Shown here in pieces: positions 43,499 through 52,375 of a stretch of DNA of 64,000 bases. How positions within the stretch are numbered: the stretch's first letter is position 1; each line of letters begins with the position of its first letter. The notes beneath the pieces were generated by a model. It was given only the letters and a program-made list of their open reading frames with translations. It searched no databases and had not been told where the DNA came from. The translations under genes and the position numbers were made by a program. Source of the DNA: Planctomycetota bacterium (lineage in GTDB: Bacteria; Planctomycetota; B15-G4; SIAN01); the NCBI GenBank assembly GCA_036732755.1, contig DAINBU010000005.1, positions 3,872-67,871 of the forward strand, in the 5' to 3' direction.

Positions 43499-45484
43499 AT
43501 GAGCGACCCCGGCGCGCCCCCCACGCCGATCGACGACGAGCCTCCGGTTCGTCGCTCCCGTTTCACCCTCGGGCGATTCCTCGTTCCGATCACGGTGGCG
43601 TTCGGCATCGCCATCACCGGCGTCGTCTGGAACATCGTCCGGGAGTGGGAGAGCCAGCAGCTGAACGTCCTGCTCGGGGACCGCGTCGCCGAGCAGGTGC
43701 AGAAGCTCGACCGCGAGACCGACGACGCCACCGACCTCCTGCTCGCGCTGCGCGCCCACTTCGCCGGGACGGGCGCGTTCGACGCCGGGAACTTCGGCGT
43801 CTTCGCGTCGGAGCACCTGCGCAACTTCCCCGAGGTGGTCGCGATCGGCTGGCTGCAGCGCGTGCGCGCGCTCGAGCGCGACGAATTCGAGGCGCGCGTC
43901 CGCCCCGACAACGCCGGCCGCCAAGAGATCAAAGAGCCCAACGCGGCGCGCGAGCTGGTGCGCGCCGACCGCCGCGACCAGTACTTCCCGGTCACCTTCG
44001 TCACGCCGATCGGCGCGCCCGCCCGCAACGAGCGCTCGTTCGGCCTCGACCACGCCAAGATCCCCGAGCGGCTCGCCGGCATCGAGGAGGCGTGCCGCAC
44101 CGGCCGCATGGTGGTGGTCGGCCCGATCAGCTACGTCGCGTTCGCGGAGGGGGCGGCCGCGCCCGCCCCCGACTCGCGCGCCTTCGTGTGCTACCTGCCG
44201 ATCTTCAAGGGCGGCGGCGTGCCGGCCGTCGCGGCGGAGCGCGACGCGAAGCTGCTCGGCTGCGTGGTCGAGCTGATCGACGTCGGGGAGCTGTTCGTCT
44301 CGGCCGCGCGCTCGATGCGGCTCGACACGATCGCGCTGCGCGTCTACGTCGACGAGGCGTTCGGCGCCGGCGGCAAGAAGACGTTCGTCTGGAAAAGCGT
44401 CGACGACCGGAGGAGAGACGACTACGAGGCGGTCGCGCGCTCGCACGTCTTCGACGAGCACCGCCTCGTCTTCGGCAGCCGCTGCTTCCGCATCCTCGCG
44501 CGCGCCACCGAGGCGTTCGCGGGCTCGGCGGTGGTCGTCCCGCCGTGGTTCGCGGTGATGGCGGCGCTCGGGTTCACCGTCGTGGCGACCTACCTCGTCT
44601 ACAAGCTCGGCAGCGACCGCGGCCGCCTCACGCGCGAGACCCGGCAGTTCTGGAAGATGACCTCCGAGATGCTCTGCGTGATGGACGGCGAAGGCCGCCT
44701 GCGCCGCGTCAACCCGGCCTGGACCGCGCTGCTCGGCCGCGCGGAGAGCGACTTGATCGGGTGCCTGCTCCCCGAGCTCGTCCACGCCGAGGACCGCGCC
44801 GACTCCGAGAGCGCGCTGCACCACCTCTCGCAAGGCCTGACCTCGGTCACGTTCGAGGCGCGGCTGCGGTCGGGCGACGCCGAGTGGCACTGGCTGCGCT
44901 GGAACGCGGCGCCCTCCGACGACCGCAAGGTCGTGCACGCGGTCGCGAGCGACGTGACCAACGAGCGCAGCACGATCGAGCAGCTCGAGGAGCGCGCCTC
45001 GATCGACTCGCTCACCGGCGTGCTCACGCGCCGCGCCCTCTTCGACAAGCTCTCCGCGGAGTTCGAGCGCGCGCGGCGCTACGGCTCGTCGCTCTCGGTC
45101 TGCGTGCTCGACCTCGACCACTTCAAGCAGGTGAACGACCGCCACGGCCACGTGATGGGCGACGCGCTGCTGCGCCGCCTCGGCCAACTCCTGAAAAAGA
45201 GCCTGCGCACCGTCGACTGCGCCGGGCGCTTCGGCGGCGACGAGTTCGTGTTGGTGCTGCCCGAGTGCGACTACGACGCCGCGAAGCAGACGGCCGAGCG
45301 CCTCCTCGTCCTGCTCGAAGAAGAGGGCCACGTCGCGCTGCCGGACGGCAAGAGCTTGAAACTCAAGGCAAGTCTCGGCGTCGCCGAGCTCGCGGCCGAC
45401 ATCACCGACGTCGCGATGCTCGTCGCGCGGGCGGATGCTTCGCTGTACCGCGCGAAGAGGGCGGGCCGCAGTCGCGTGAGCTGA
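43499..45484 (+). CDS. Diguanylate cyclase (CHASE-PAS-GGDEF)
   Basis: Two TM helices flanking a CHASE-like domain, a PAS domain (DGEGRLRRVNPAW), DLDHFKQVNDRHGH, I-site RTVD and GGDEF (FGGDEF). Start uncertain (43361 or 43499). Confidence 0.9.
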   Translation: MSDPGAPPTPIDDEPPVRRSRFTLGRFLVPITVAFGIAITGVVWNIVREWESQQLNVLLGDRVAEQVQKLDRETDDATDLLLALRAHFAGTGAFDAGNFGVFASEHLRNFPEVVAIGWLQRVRALERDEFEARVRPDNAGRQEIKEPNAARELVRADRRDQYFPVTFVTPIGAPARNERSFGLDHAKIPERLAGIEEACRTGRMVVVGPISYVAFAEGAAAPAPDSRAFVCYLPIFKGGGVPAVAAERDAKLLGCVVELIDVGELFVSAARSMRLDTIALRVYVDEAFGAGGKKTFVWKSVDDRRRDDYEAVARSHVFDEHRLVFGSRCFRILARATEAFAGSAVVVPPWFAVMAALGFTVVATYLVYKLGSDRGRLTRETRQFWKMTSEMLCVMDGEGRLRRVNPAWTALLGRAESDLIGCLLPELVHAEDRADSESALHHLSQGLTSVTFEARLRSGDAEWHWLRWNAAPSDDRKVVHAVASDVTNERSTIEQLEERASIDSLTGVLTRRALFDKLSAEFERARRYGSSLSVCVLDLDHFKQVNDRHGHVMGDALLRRLGQLLKKSLRTVDCAGRFGGDEFVLVLPECDYDAAKQTAERLLVLLEEEGHVALPDGKSLKLKASLGVAELAADITDVAMLVARADASLYRAKRAGRSRVS

Positions 45485-45514
45485 CGGAGGCATTCGCGAA
45501 CGTCGAGGGCGCCG

Positions 45515-46252
45515 TCAGGTGAGCGGGCACCAGGCGCGGCGCGCGGGCACCTGGAGGATGCGGTCCTCTTCGGGGATCCAGGCCGAGAGGGCGCGGCCGT
45601 AGACGCAGCCGGTGTCGAGGCCGCGGGCGTGCTTGGTGACGACGAGGCCGCGGCGGGCCCAGTGGCCGAAGACGGCGGTGCGCGGGCCGCGGTAGAGCTC
45701 GTCCCACGGGACGTAGGGCGGCGGCGGCGGCGGCCAGTCGTCGTCGGGCTGGCGGCCGTCGGGGTCGCAGTAGCGCGCGCCCGTCGCGAACTCGAGGTCG
45801 GGCTCCTGCGTGAGCGGACGGTCGCGCGTGAGCGCATCGACGAACGTCGCCCGTAGCGCGCGCGCCCGCGCGTCGAGGTCGCCCCACTTCGGGTGGAGCC
45901 CCGCGTGCACCAGCACGACGTCTTGCTCGCAGACCAAGAGCGGTCGCGCGCGCAGCCACGCGTCGAGCTCGGCGCGGTCGGGGGCGGCGGCGAGGTTCTC
46001 GAGCGTGTCGCGCTTGCCCGCCTTGCGCCGCCCCGCCGTCACCTCGAACCAGTGGAGCTCGTGGTTGCCGAGCACCATCGCGGCGCCGAGCCTCTTGAAG
46101 AGGCGCACGCAGCCGGCCGAGTCCGGGCCGCGGTTGATCGCGTCGCCCACCGAGTAGAGGCGGTCGGAGGCGGGGTCGAACTTCGCCCGCTCGAGCAGGA
46201 GCTCGAGCTCCTCGCGGCAGCCCTGCACGTCCCCGACGAAGATGCGGCGCAT
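45515..46252 (-). CDS. apaH: Symmetrical bis(5'-nucleosyl)-tetraphosphatase ApaH-like metallophosphoesterase
   Basis: Motifs GDVQGC, GDAINRGPDS, LGNHE, HAG, FGHWA and LDTGCVYG. Confidence 0.85.
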   Translation of the reverse strand: MRRIFVGDVQGCREELELLLERAKFDPASDRLYSVGDAINRGPDSAGCVRLFKRLGAAMVLGNHELHWFEVTAGRRKAGKRDTLENLAAAPDRAELDAWLRARPLLVCEQDVVLVHAGLHPKWGDLDARARALRATFVDALTRDRPLTQEPDLEFATGARYCDPDGRQPDDDWPPPPPPYVPWDELYRGPRTAVFGHWARRGLVVTKHARGLDTGCVYGRALSAWIPEEDRILQVPARRAWCPLT

Positions 46253-46270
46253 CGCCCGAGATTACTCGGC

Positions 46271-47185
46271 TCACTTCCGCTCGGGCTTGCCGTGGTTCTT
46301 CTCCATCCACGCGAAGCCGGCGGTGAGGCGCGTGAAGGGGTCGCCGGTCCAGCCGTGGCCGCCCTTGTAGGTGACGAGCTCGACCGCCGCGCCCTCCTTC
46401 TTCAGCCGCTCCTGCGCCTTCTGCACGTACTCGAACTTGCAGCGCACGTCCTCGGGCGAGTGGTCGAGGAAGTACGCCGAGCCCTTGGCGTTCTTGAGCT
46501 CGGGCTCGAGCTCGCCGGTGACGTTGAAGACCGACATCGCGACGTACGACGCGGTGACCGGCGACTTCTCCTGCAGCGAGATCGCGTACTCGGCCGGCCC
46601 GCCCGACGACCAGCCCCACTGGTAGGTGCGCGCCGGGTCGATCTTGAGCTTCTGAGTCTTCGTCACGTCGGCGAGCACCGCGTCGACGAACTCCTCGGTG
46701 GTGAACTCCATGTTCGGGACCTTGGAGAAGCGCGTGGGCCACGTGACGTCGGCGCTCGACCACTTGACCGAGACGAGCTGCGCGAAGACGAAGTCCTGGG
46801 GGCAGCAGTTGTTCCAGACGTTGCGGACGAAGTTGGTCATGTTCGCCTCGCCCGTCCCGCCCGGCATCACCAGCACGAGCGCGTAGCCCGCGGGCGGCGG
46901 CCGCTGCGTCTCGTGCGGGCCGATCAGGAAGTAGCGCTGCTTCGCGTTCCCCAGCGCGCGCAGGTCCTTGGCCGGGAGCTTCTTCACGTCGTCGGCGAGC
47001 TCGTAGTCGGGCTTCTCCTCCGCCTTCCCTGCCGGCTTCTCGTCCTGCGGCTTCTTGCCTTCCTTGGGATCCTTCGGCTTCTTGCCGTCCTGCGCGAAGG
47101 CGCCGAATGCGAGGACGCTCCCGAGCGCCAGCCCCGCCGCGACGAACGCGGCGAGGCGATCCGATCGACGCTGACACCGTTCCAT
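46271..47185 (-). CDS. Exported alpha/beta hydrolase
   Basis: Signal peptide, GWSSGG nucleophile motif, DHSPED and GGHGW. Confidence 0.75.
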   Translation of the reverse strand: MERCQRRSDRLAAFVAAGLALGSVLAFGAFAQDGKKPKDPKEGKKPQDEKPAGKAEEKPDYELADDVKKLPAKDLRALGNAKQRYFLIGPHETQRPPPAGYALVLVMPGGTGEANMTNFVRNVWNNCCPQDFVFAQLVSVKWSSADVTWPTRFSKVPNMEFTTEEFVDAVLADVTKTQKLKIDPARTYQWGWSSGGPAEYAISLQEKSPVTASYVAMSVFNVTGELEPELKNAKGSAYFLDHSPEDVRCKFEYVQKAQERLKKEGAAVELVTYKGGHGWTGDPFTRLTAGFAWMEKNHGKPERK

Positions 47186-47315
47186 CGCTTCCGCCTCCTC
47201 GTTCCGCGGGTCGACCCGCGAGTCGACGCGTGCGCGCCGCGGCCCGCCACGCTACCGGCCGCTACACTCGCCCGTTCGGCGCGCGTCCGGTCGCGCGCGT
47301 CCTCGGGAGCCGGTC

Positions 47316-48866
47316 ATGCGCGCGTCGCTCGTCGCCTCGCTCGTCCTCGGAATCGGGCTCGCCCCCGCCGGCGCGTTCGCGCGCGCGCAGGGGAAGCCGG
47401 AGCTGCTCGCCCCGAACACGCCGCTCGGGTCGGGCTGGTCGGTGCTGAACTCGCAGGCGGCGCGCTCGGTCGACCGCCTCGCCGACGACTGGGTCAAGAC
47501 GAGCCGCGACCTCTTCGACCACCCCGAGACGGCGCTGCGCGAGACTCGGTCGTCGGCCGCGCTCGCGGCGCTCGCCGAGCAGGCGGGCTTCAAGGTCGAG
47601 CGCGGCGTCTCGCAGATGGAGACGGCGTGGGTCGCGACCTGGTCGTCGGGCGCGGGCGGACCGACGCTCGGCATCCTGGCCGAGTTCGACGCGCTCCCGA
47701 ACCTCTCGCAGACCGCCGGAGCGCCGCTGCAGGAGCCCGCCGCGCAGGGCGCGCCGGGCCACGGCTGCGGCCACAACCTCTTCGGCGTCGCCGGCCTGGC
47801 AGCGGCCGTCGCCATGAAGGAGGCGCTGCAGGCGGAGCGCCACCCCGCCACGCTCAAGCTCTACGGCACGCCGGCGGAGGAGCAGGGGATCGGGAAGATC
47901 TTCATGGTGCGCGACGGCCTCTTCGACGGCTGCGACGCGGTTTTGTCGTGGCATCCGTCCGACAAGAACGAGGTCCACACGCAGCCCTCGAAGGCGTGCA
48001 TCAGCTTCGAGGTCACCTTCTTCGGCCGCAGCGCCCACGCCTCGGCCGCGCCGTGGGACGGCGTCTCGGCGCTGGATGCCGTCGAAGCCTTCGAGCACGG
48101 CGTGAACCTGCTTCGCGAGCACGTCCCGGAGACGGCGCGCATGCACTACGTCGTGAGCAACGGCGGCGGCGTCCCCAACGTCGTCCCGAACAAGGCGGCG
48201 GTCTGGATGTACGTGCGCGGCAAGGATTGGAGCGAGGCGGAGAAGGTCTACGCGCACTTGAAAGGCATCGTGGACGGCGCCGACCGGATGGCGTGGGGCG
48301 AGGAGTTCGGGTCGAAGACGGCGGGGTATCGCGCGCCCGACCTCGTGCAGCTCTCCGGCCTCTACGACCTGAACATCAACTTCGCCGGCTCGCAGGTCAT
48401 GCAGAAGGAGCTCGAGCGCGTCGGCGTCGCCGCCTACGACGAGAAGGAGCAGGCGTACGCGCGCGCGCTGCAGAAGGCGTTCGGACAGCCCGAGGCGGGC
48501 TACCCGACCAAGATCCTCCCCTACGACAAGGCGCGCGCACCCGAGCCGTCGGGCTCGACCGACGTCGGCAACGTGAGCTGGGCCGCGCCGGTGATCGAGC
48601 TGCACGTCGCCACCTGGCCGAGCAAGGTGCCCGCCCACTCGTGGGCGTCGACGTCGGCGTCGGGGGCGAGCGGCGCCTACAAGGCGATGCTGGTCGCCGC
48701 GAAGGTGCTCGCCTGCACCGGCCTCGACCTCGTCACCGACACGGCCGCGCTCTCCGCCGTGAAGGAGGAGTTCAAGCAGAGCCGCGCGCAGTTCAAGTAC
48801 TCGCCGGCCGTCGGAAAAGACGACAAGCCGTCGCTGCCGTCGCACCTGCGCGCGAAGGGCGAGTGA
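47316..48866 (+). CDS. M20 family amidohydrolase (AbgB-like) with signal peptide
   Basis: Motifs AEFDALP, GHGCGHN, GTPAEE, SWHP, AHAS, PNVVP and GSTDVGNVSW. Confidence 0.88.
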   Translation: MRASLVASLVLGIGLAPAGAFARAQGKPELLAPNTPLGSGWSVLNSQAARSVDRLADDWVKTSRDLFDHPETALRETRSSAALAALAEQAGFKVERGVSQMETAWVATWSSGAGGPTLGILAEFDALPNLSQTAGAPLQEPAAQGAPGHGCGHNLFGVAGLAAAVAMKEALQAERHPATLKLYGTPAEEQGIGKIFMVRDGLFDGCDAVLSWHPSDKNEVHTQPSKACISFEVTFFGRSAHASAAPWDGVSALDAVEAFEHGVNLLREHVPETARMHYVVSNGGGVPNVVPNKAAVWMYVRGKDWSEAEKVYAHLKGIVDGADRMAWGEEFGSKTAGYRAPDLVQLSGLYDLNINFAGSQVMQKELERVGVAAYDEKEQAYARALQKAFGQPEAGYPTKILPYDKARAPEPSGSTDVGNVSWAAPVIELHVATWPSKVPAHSWASTSASGASGAYKAMLVAAKVLACTGLDLVTDTAALSAVKEEFKQSRAQFKYSPAVGKDDKPSLPSHLRAKGE

Positions 48867-48876
48867 CCGCTCCCGA

Positions 48877-50454
48877 TCAGCGCGCCAATGGGCGCGAAAG
48901 GTCGAACAGGACGACGTCCGCGCCGGTTTTCTCGAGCCGGTATCGCGTCGACGTCCACGTCCGCTCCAGGAACTCCGCGAGCTGCGCGTGCGACGTGTCG
49001 GACGGATCGATCGGCGGTTCGATCAGCGCGAACCAGCCCTTGATCGGCGCGTCGACGGATTGGCCCGCGCGGAGGAATCGCTCCAGCTGCAGCTCGTCGA
49101 AGCCGCCGCGGACCTCCCTGCGGGCGTAGTAGGACGTGCATTCCGTGCCGTTGGCGGTGGTGCACACGACCTGGTCGGCCGGGACGTGCGCGCGCAGGAC
49201 GTCGCCGAGTTCCTGGAAATAGGGCGTGCGATCGCGCCGTTGCAGCTCCATCACGTCGCGCGTGATCCAGAGTCCGCCGGCGACGGCGACCGCCGCCCAG
49301 ACGCCGCACGCGATCGGTCGGACCGCCGTCGCGTGCACGGCCGCCCCGATCAGGAACGCGACCAGCGGCAGGGCGACGATCAACCAATAACGGTGGATGA
49401 GGACGGCCTGGAGCAGCGGCGTCGAATAGAGGATCGCGAACGTCGCGAGCCCGGCGAGCGTCGTCCACGCGCGCCGCGCGACCGATCGCTCCGGCGCCCA
49501 CCAGCGTGCCGCCGCGAGGCCGATCGTCGCGCCGAAGAGGGCGAGACCCAGGGCCGGCCAACCGAACAGGAATTGGACGTGGCCGAGCAGGCGCGCCTGG
49601 ATCTGCGCTGCCGTGACGTCCGGCATCCGAGTCGAGAAGCCGAGGAAGCTGTGCGCGAAGAGGGAGGAGAACGTCGCCGGCCGTGCCACGACGCCCGCCG
49701 GAGTGGCGAACGCCTGCGCGACGAACATGTGCATCGCATGGAGTCCGAGCGCGACCGGGATCGCCGCGCCGAACGTCAGCGCGCGACCGAACCGCCGGCC
49801 GAACAGGTCGCGCAGCGCGATGAAGCCCGCGACGATCAGTCCCGGCCATGCGAAGAACACCGATCCTGCGAGGGCCCAGAGCACGAGCGCGCGCCGCGGC
49901 CGCGCCGGATCGCGAGCGCGCGCGCGCTCGTCCAGGAGGAGCGCCAGCAGGGCGAGCGTGATCGCCTCGGGCCCGAGCTCGCTGCCGTGCGTCGAGAAGT
50001 AGGCGCCGGCCGGCAGCACCGCGGTCGCGAACGCCGCCGCGAGCCCCGCCCGTCGCGACAGCGCCTCCGCGACCAGCGCATAGGTGACGACCACCTGCAG
50101 CAGCGCGAAGGCGACGCCGAGCGACTTGATCGGCAGCGGCCCGTCGCCGAACCACGTCATCAATGCGCTCGTCGCGATCGCCATCCCCGGCGGATGGTGG
50201 CTGTAGACGATCCATTGATCCGGCGTCGCCGGCGCGGCGTTCTCGATCATCGCGAAGCGCGCGTTCACCGGACCGTACTCGACGAGGTTGCGCGCCATCT
50301 TCGAATAGAAGGCGCCGAGCAACTGCCAGCCGAACCCGAATGGGCCTGCGAGAGCGCCGGATCGCGCGACGAATGCCCATGCGACGATGGCGGCGAGCGC
50401 GAGCGAGCAGGCGATCCGCCGCCGGCGCTCCGGCTGACCCACGTCCGACGTCAT
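48877..50454 (-). CDS. GT-C fold membrane glycosyltransferase (family 39/ArnT-PMT-like)
   Basis: Multi-TM protein with GWQ.LGA.Y...ARN, YSHHPPG and HGSELGP, plus a soluble C-terminal tail. Confidence 0.75.
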   Translation of the reverse strand: MTSDVGQPERRRRIACSLALAAIVAWAFVARSGALAGPFGFGWQLLGAFYSKMARNLVEYGPVNARFAMIENAAPATPDQWIVYSHHPPGMAIATSALMTWFGDGPLPIKSLGVAFALLQVVVTYALVAEALSRRAGLAAAFATAVLPAGAYFSTHGSELGPEAITLALLALLLDERARARDPARPRRALVLWALAGSVFFAWPGLIVAGFIALRDLFGRRFGRALTFGAAIPVALGLHAMHMFVAQAFATPAGVVARPATFSSLFAHSFLGFSTRMPDVTAAQIQARLLGHVQFLFGWPALGLALFGATIGLAAARWWAPERSVARRAWTTLAGLATFAILYSTPLLQAVLIHRYWLIVALPLVAFLIGAAVHATAVRPIACGVWAAVAVAGGLWITRDVMELQRRDRTPYFQELGDVLRAHVPADQVVCTTANGTECTSYYARREVRGGFDELQLERFLRAGQSVDAPIKGWFALIEPPIDPSDTSHAQLAEFLERTWTSTRYRLEKTGADVVLFDLSRPLAR

Positions 50455-50554
50455 TCGTAAGACTCATACTGGGGCGGATGAAGAGACGCCAGGAAGCGGA
50501 CGCGCGGCGCTGCTGCATTCCGACGAAGACGGACGCTGAGGGCGCGGAGCCGGG

Positions 50555-52108
50555 CTACTTCGGGTGCGCCAGGTCGAACAGCAGGAGCGTGCGCCGACTG
50601 CGCGGCAGGTCGACCTCGACGGCCGAAAAGCGTTCGCGCAGGAAGGTCTCGAGCGACGCGGATGGAAACGTCACCTCCGGCGACGGCGGCTTCACGAGCG
50701 CGAACGCTGCGCGCGGGACCGCGACCGCGGCTCCCCCTGACGCGAACCCTCCGGCGAGGTCGCGATCGCTCATGTTCCCGGTGAGTTCGCGATCGCAATA
50801 GAAGACGAGGCAACTCGACGGCGGCTCGGAGGTGAACACGCGTGTTCCCGACGGCGTCCGCGCGGCGAGCGCCTCGCCGAGTTCTTCGTAGTCCGCGGTC
50901 CGTTCGAGCAACTGGCTCGCGTGCGCGTCCCACGCGGCCTTTCCCGCCACCGCGACGAGGAGCGTCGCTGCGACCGCTGCCGGAAGCGCCCGCGTGCCGG
51001 CGACGTGCATGACGATCCCGCCGAGGAGCGCGATCCAGGGCAGCGCGATCGCCAGCCAATACGAATGGAACCAGACTGCCTGCGGGAACGGGAGCGAATA
51101 CCCGAGCGCGAACGTCAACATCCCGAGGAACGGAGCGGTGCAGCGCGCGTCGCGCAGCACCGCGATGCGCCGCTGCAGCAGAAACGCCGTGAGTCCGGTC
51201 GCTGCGACGATCAGGCCGGGCATCGTGAAGAGCGTCCGCAGGTGCCCGCCGACGCGTTCGAGGACCCGTTCCGTGCCGAAGCGTTGCGTCACCTCGGTGA
51301 TGCCGTTCACGCCGTGGGAGAGGAACATCCCGCCCAGCGAGCCGCCCTGTCCGCCGCCGAATGATCCCGTCGCGAGCCGGACGTGGATCAGATGGAGCGC
51401 CAGCACGAACGGCACCGCCGCGCCGAACAGCACCGCCCGCCGCAGCCGGCGGCCGCAGAGATCGCGCAGGGCGACGAACCCCGCGATCGGCAGCGCGGCC
51501 CACGAAAACAGGGACGCCGCGAAGAACGCTGCCAGCACCGCCGCGGAGCGCGGCCGCTCCGGATCGCGCGCGCGCGCGTGTTCGTCCAACAGGAGCGCGA
51601 GCATCGAGAAGCAGATCACGATCGGCCCGAGCTCGCTGCCGTGGGTCGAGAAGCTTGCGCCGGCCGGCAGTGCCGCCGTCAGCAGCGCCGCGGCGAGCCC
51701 GGCGCGCCGCGAGAGTGCGCGCGCGACGAGAAAGTACATGACGAGGACAAGCCCGAGCGACGCGACCACCGCGGGAAGCTTCGAGGCCATTGCCGACGTC
51801 CCGAACACCACGAACGACGCCGCCATTGACCAGATCGTTCCGGGTGGATGGTGGACGTAGTAGACCCAGCTCGACTCGGGGACGTGGTCGGCGTTGACGA
51901 TGCCGGCGAAGTGCGTGGCGAAGAAGCCGTACCGCAGAGAGTTTCGCGCCTGCATCCCGTACCACGCGCCGAGCCACTGCCAGCCCCTGCCGAATGGACC
52001 GAGGTACGCGGCCGCGCGCGCGAAAGCGGCCGCGACCACGATGATCGCAAGTGCGGCGGCAGCCAGCGCGCGCCCGCGCCGCGAGGCGGTCGGCGTGCTC
52101 GATGTCAT
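50555..52108 (-). CDS. GT-C fold membrane glycosyltransferase (family 39/ArnT-PMT-like), paralog
   Basis: GWQWLGAWY..ARN, YVHHPPG and HGSELGP. Collinear with 48877-50454. Confidence 0.75.
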   Translation of the reverse strand: MTSSTPTASRRGRALAAAALAIIVVAAAFARAAAYLGPFGRGWQWLGAWYGMQARNSLRYGFFATHFAGIVNADHVPESSWVYYVHHPPGTIWSMAASFVVFGTSAMASKLPAVVASLGLVLVMYFLVARALSRRAGLAAALLTAALPAGASFSTHGSELGPIVICFSMLALLLDEHARARDPERPRSAAVLAAFFAASLFSWAALPIAGFVALRDLCGRRLRRAVLFGAAVPFVLALHLIHVRLATGSFGGGQGGSLGGMFLSHGVNGITEVTQRFGTERVLERVGGHLRTLFTMPGLIVAATGLTAFLLQRRIAVLRDARCTAPFLGMLTFALGYSLPFPQAVWFHSYWLAIALPWIALLGGIVMHVAGTRALPAAVAATLLVAVAGKAAWDAHASQLLERTADYEELGEALAARTPSGTRVFTSEPPSSCLVFYCDRELTGNMSDRDLAGGFASGGAAVAVPRAAFALVKPPSPEVTFPSASLETFLRERFSAVEVDLPRSRRTLLLFDLAHPK

Positions 52109-52149
52109 CCGAGGAGCGATCTTGGTCGCATCACGAGATCATGCGACGT

Positions 52150-52358
52150 GCGACCCGAGTCCGGCTCGAAAAGTCGGGAGCCGACCTCTTCCAGTTCGAT
52201 TCCTCGAAGCGCAAGGCGAAGGCGCGCTGACCCGTCGCGTGGCGCGCCTCGCGGCACGACGCGGATGCCCGGTTCATTCCGATCGGACGACCCGTCCGTC
52301 GCGAAACGTCAGGCCCGCGTCGTCGAACAGCGCCTGGACCAGGGGATTCGTGCGGTAG
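52150..52358. repeat. Direct repeat, copy 1 (209 bp, orphan copy)
   Basis: Matches 58128-58336 at offset 5978 with one mismatch (52159 G vs 58137 A). Confidence 0.95.
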
Positions 52359-52375
52359 AGCGTATAGTTCCGCGG

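Noticed and set aside
43499-46252. Convergent diguanylate cyclase and ApaH as a nucleotide-signalling module
   Set aside because: Opposite strands, both are common genes, and nothing beyond adjacency links them.
47205-47220. 16-bp perfect palindrome CGCGGGTCGACCCGCG in a divergent intergenic region
   Set aside because: Almost all G/C, no loop, and no adjacent regulator, so it is plausibly chance in this composition.
52194-52203. GTTCGATTCC (tRNA T-loop-like) inside the direct repeat, suggesting a tRNA att site
   Set aside because: The flanks do not form a T-stem or acceptor stem, and the sequence is simply the coding end of a GT gene.
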